Position numbers and translations under genes: made by a program. From positions 1 through 39,514 of the IMG/VR virus record IMGVR_UViG_3300032331_000794: 39,514 bases of DNA. One strand, 5' to 3'. The notes beneath the pieces were generated by a model. The model did no database searches and was not told where the DNA came from. It worked only from the letters and a program-made list of their open reading frames with translations. Shown one piece after another: positions 36,437-39,514 of the stretch. Position 1 is the stretch's first letter, and each line of letters begins with the position of its first letter. Origin of the DNA: a virus. Its lineage: Duplodnaviria > Caudoviricetes.

Positions 36437-36445
36437 CGGTATCGC

Positions 36446-37072
36446 TTAGGCTTTGACCATTGAGCGCTTAGCGATAGGCACTAGGACTTCGAGGAGCGCG
36501 GTCAAGGTCTGAAGGTCTGAAGTTTTGAGTTCTTTCAGGTTCTTCAGGGTTCGAACTTCGAGGAGCGTTTGAGATACGATACTTTCGATAGATTTCGAAC
36601 TCACCTTCTCCGCCTTCGCGTTGCTTCGAGATTTTGTTTGTGTTGGCGCGACCTTCTCAAGGTCGGCGATAGTTGGAGCGCCTTCGATAGCGCCTTGAGC
36701 GCCTTCTGCTCCGAACTCACGACCGACACGCTCCGAAAGTTTTAGAAGGTTCGACACGCTTTGAGTTGGAGCATCTTCGACCTTGCCGACGATTTCAGAA
36801 AAAATCGTGAACCATTGGACGTGTGATTTTCTAATCGTTGGAGCGTTGCCGATTTTCGAGGCTTCGACTATCGAGGCCTGAATTGTGCGAATTGAGGTTT
36901 TGTTGGTTCGTAGCATTTCTGCCATTTCTAACACGAACTCGATTTCGCCGTCGTGATTTATCAGGTTTGCATAAGCCGAAACGATTTCTGCCATTGGCAC
37001 GATTTCGGTTTTTTCGACCTTGATTTTTTCAGATGTCGAATTGTTAGTGTTTTTCGCTGGTTTTGTAGCCAT
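36446..37072 (-). CDS. 208-aa hypothetical early protein, monocistronic
   Basis: Long ORF with its own terminator; ATG 37072 (MATKPAK) preferred. Confidence 0.8.
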   Translation of the reverse strand: MATKPAKNTNNSTSEKIKVEKTEIVPMAEIVSAYANLINHDGEIEFVLEMAEMLRTNKTSIRTIQASIVEASKIGNAPTIRKSHVQWFTIFSEIVGKVEDAPTQSVSNLLKLSERVGREFGAEGAQGAIEGAPTIADLEKVAPTQTKSRSNAKAEKVSSKSIESIVSQTLLEVRTLKNLKELKTSDLQTLTALLEVLVPIAKRSMVKA

Positions 37073-37205
37073 TTTTTTATTTTCCATTTCTAGTGGGTTT
37101 TTCATAAATCGGTGTTTCCGACTCACAAGATAAAGATACCAGCATTTCGGGGATTTCTATACCATTTCGGGAAATTATTTTTTCGGGTCGTATGATTATC
37201 ATACG

Positions 37206-37232
37206 CTCAGGAAACTCTCAGGAAACTCTCAG
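37206..37232. promoter_or_regulatory. OmpR-family (MprA-like) direct repeats
   Basis: CTCAG three times with 11-bp period (TCTCAG-N5-TCTCAG). Confidence 0.55.
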
Positions 37233-37238
37233 GCTATC

Positions 37239-37252
37239 CGAACAGGTGTTCG
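37239..37252. promoter_or_regulatory. LexA SOS box (Gram-positive/actinobacterial type)
   Basis: CGAAC-AGGT-GTTCG. Confidence 0.75.
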
Positions 37253-37268
37253 TGTGACGTGGCTCACA
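37253..37268. promoter_or_regulatory. CRP/GlxR-type box
   Basis: Perfect TGTGA-N6-TCACA. Confidence 0.75.
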
Positions 37269-37305
37269 TTGTTTGTGTTGGCGACACGCCCGACCGCGTT
37301 GTGAA

Positions 37306-37367
37306 CTATCCACAGATTTTTGCTCTCCTTGTGCATAACTTATCCACAGGGGCAATAGTTATCCACA
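37306..37367. promoter_or_regulatory. DnaA-box cluster
   Basis: TTATCCACA at 37340 and 37359; CTATCCACA at 37306; inverted TTATGCACA at 37330. Confidence 0.8.
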
Positions 37368-37749
37368 GGGTGAGGAGATAGTCTCATCATCTACAAATCG
37401 GCTTATCTATTTATCGACAAATCGACAAAGACAAGACCCCAGAGTTGTTATTTTCGACCCCGCCCCCCTCTTATAGTCTCAGGAAATAATTTTCTGTTAT
37501 ATTACGGGGGGCTATATATAGGGATAGACTTACTGCGATTTTTATACTAATTTGAGCGTAAGCGAAAAGATTATTACCGAACTTTGTTCGGTTTTACCTG
37601 TTTGAACAGGTTATCTATAGTATATAAATACTATTACGGAGTCGCTCCGTTTAAGACTCCGCTCCTCCTATATATAATATATTATAATAAAAATGCCATA
37701 ATACTGCCCGTTTGGTGGGACCGTTAAATCGGCGTTATTAGGAGTTGAA

Positions 37750-39514
37750 ATGGGACGCAAGCCAGGAGTACAATCGGTACCTAAAGATGAGGCACAGGCC
37801 AAAGTACTAGCCCTATTAGAACAAGGGTCTACTATTACAGCGGCTATGGCCGCCGTTGGTCGCAACGACACTACCTTCCGTCAATGGTCTATGGTGGACG
37901 AAGACTTCAAGGAAAAGGCAGATAAAGCCCGCCTTGCAGGCAAAGGCATTAAGGCTGACCTAGCAGACCTCAAGGACATCTCCTACGAGGACTTTTCAAT
38001 CCAATTCCTGGATACCAAACTTTTTGACCATCAGTTAAACTGGATTGACCTCATCGAAGGCCGTGAGCCTAGATGGCAACCAGCAGCCATGACCTACGAA
38101 CCTGGCGACCCAAAACGTGTACTGATTAACGTGCCACCAGAGCATGCTAAGTCAACCACGATTACAACCAACTATGTTTTGCACCAAATCGTAACTAAGC
38201 CCAACACCCGCGTTATTGTAGTCTCTAAGACACAGGGTATGGCGCGTAAGTTTCTGGGGGCCATTAAGACTAGGCTTTCACACCCAGCCTACATGAAACT
38301 CCAGACGGCCTTTGGCCCTAACGGTGGATATAAGGCAGATTCCACTCAGTGGTCTGCAGATATGATTTACCTTGGCACTGGCCGAGACTCAGGCGAAAAA
38401 GACCCCACAGTCCAGGCCCTAGGTTTTGGCTCCCAGATTTACGGTGCTCGTGCAGACCTCATCATCCTTGATGACGTGGTTATGGGCAGCAACGCCCACG
38501 AGTGGGAAAAGCAAATTGAGTGGCTACAGAAAGAAGTTATCATGCGTCTTGGACGTCACGGTAAACTTGTCATCGTAGGCACCCGTGTATCCCCAATTGA
38601 CTTATACAAAATGATACGTTCAGGCGAACAATGGACGGGTGGTAAATCTCCATTTACCTACTGTGCTATGCCAGCAGTATTAGAGTTTGATGAAGACCCT
38701 AAGAATTGGAAGACCCTTTGGCCTGCAACTAACATTCAAGAGAATGATATAGATGAGGTTTTAGAAAATGGACTTTTCCCGAAGTGGGATGGACCCTCGC
38801 TCTTTAAGCGTCGCTCTGAGGTCGCTCCGTCAGTATGGGCTATGGTCTACCAGCAAGAAGACGTCCAGTCCGACTCCATATTCTCGCCAACAACTGTTGC
38901 AGGATGTGTTAACGGTATGCGAAAGCGTGGACCGCTTAAACCAGGTACGCCAGGCCACCCGCGAGCAGTCGAAGGCGCCTACACAGTAATTGGCTTTGAC
39001 CCAGCAGTAGCAGGACGTTCTGCCTTTGTGGCAGTAACTTACAATCGTGCTGATGGTCACATTTATGTTTTAGATTGCGTCAATATGGTTGACCCGTCTC
39101 CACAGAAGGAGCGAGCGCTTATTGAAGAATGGGTCGAACGATATCGACCACAAGAGTTCCGTGTAGAAATTAACGCCCACCAAAAGGCGTACTCAATGGA
39201 TACAGACTTAAGAGATTTCCTTACCATGTGGGGCTGCCGATTAGAGCCTCACTTTACTGGTAAGAATAAATGGGACGTAGGTTTCGGTGTGGCTTCAATG
39301 TCGCCGCTATTTGGTAGTGCTAAAGATGGGCGCTTCTTAGATAACGGAATGATTGAGATTCCAAGCAACGAAGGCTCAGAAGGACTCAAGTCCTTAGTCC
39401 AGCAGTTAATTACCTGGAAGCCTGATACTAAGAACCCAACTGACTGTGTTATGGCTCTATGGTTTGCGGTTATTCGTGTACGTGAGTTAATGCAAATCTC
39501 AAGTAAAGTCGGAC
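37750..39514 (+). CDS. terL: Terminase large subunit with N-terminal HTH (absent from ORF track; 622 aa across the junction)
   Basis: GGAG RBS; Walker A PPEHAKS, Walker B LIILDD, VGTR and nuclease IGFDPA motifs. Confidence 0.93.
   Translation, partial: MGRKPGVQSVPKDEAQAKVLALLEQGSTITAAMAAVGRNDTTFRQWSMVDEDFKEKADKARLAGKGIKADLADLKDISYEDFSIQFLDTKLFDHQLNWIDLIEGREPRWQPAAMTYEPGDPKRVLINVPPEHAKSTTITTNYVLHQIVTKPNTRVIVVSKTQGMARKFLGAIKTRLSHPAYMKLQTAFGPNGGYKADSTQWSADMIYLGTGRDSGEKDPTVQALGFGSQIYGARADLIILDDVVMGSNAHEWEKQIEWLQKEVIMRLGRHGKLVIVGTRVSPIDLYKMIRSGEQWTGGKSPFTYCAMPAVLEFDEDPKNWKTLWPATNIQENDIDEVLENGLFPKWDGPSLFKRRSEVAPSVWAMVYQQEDVQSDSIFSPTTVAGCVNGMRKRGPLKPGTPGHPRAVEGAYTVIGFDPAVAGRSAFVAVTYNRADGHIYVLDCVNMVDPSPQKERALIEEWVERYRPQEFRVEINAHQKAYSMDTDLRDFLTMWGCRLEPHFTGKNKWDVGFGVASMSPLFGSAKDGRFLDNGMIEIPSNEGSEGLKSLVQQLITWKPDTKNPTDCVMALWFAVIRVRELMQISSKVG
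39392..39514. repeat. Terminal direct repeat, identical to 1-123
   Basis: Exact match. Confidence 0.97.

Larger units (their letters stand above)
31202..37204. repeat. Dispersed 15-bp palindrome GTATGATWATCATAC (10 perfect, 1 single-mismatch)
   Basis: Starts at 31202, 32733, 33222, 33859, 34286 (mismatch), 35095, 35654, 36092, 36192, 36294, 37190. Confidence 0.95.
25288..37281. repeat. Dispersed asymmetric 11-mer CCRACACAAAC (8 copies)
   Basis: Plus strand at 25288; minus strand at 31184, 33043, 35311, 36366, 36376, 36636, 37271. Confidence 0.9.

Noticed and set aside
37577-37591. Second LexA box
   Set aside because: The spacer is 3 bp, not the 4 bp required; kept only as an inverted repeat.

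Overview
This window is an apparently complete, circularly permuted dsDNA phage genome of 39,391 bp: positions 1-123 are repeated exactly at 39392-39514, and the large terminase reads through that junction. The host is almost certainly an actinobacterium (WhiB, actinobacterial LexA/MprA-like sites, leaderless promoter); a freshwater low-GC lineage is inferred. The architecture is podovirus-like. The + strand carries packaging and virion genes (terminase, portal, proteasome-type protease, ejection proteins, scaffold, capsid, basic microproteins, glycosyltransferase, tail adaptor, fibres, nozzle), then lysis genes, then a replication module (split Cas4/RecB-like nuclease, helicase, resolvase, split primase, DUF1599, HNH, phosphoesterase, sigma factor). 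No DNA polymerase or integrase was recognised. A - strand early arm (30.3-37.1 kb) encodes WhiB, a transglycosylase, an amidoligase/glutamine amidotransferase pair and acidic microproteins. The most striking features are non-coding. (1) A ~240-bp block at 37.19-37.43 kb has host transcription-factor-like sites (MprA-like, LexA, CRP, GACAC, four DnaA boxes) packed edge to edge. (2) A 15-bp palindrome GTATGATWATCATAC occurs 11 times, only in the early arm. (3) An asymmetric 11-mer CCRACACAAAC occurs 8 times, always co-oriented with transcription. (4) There is a 45-nt anticodon-less tRNA-like element and a pseudoknotted leader before the scaffold/capsid genes. All assignments are by eye; no database searches were run.
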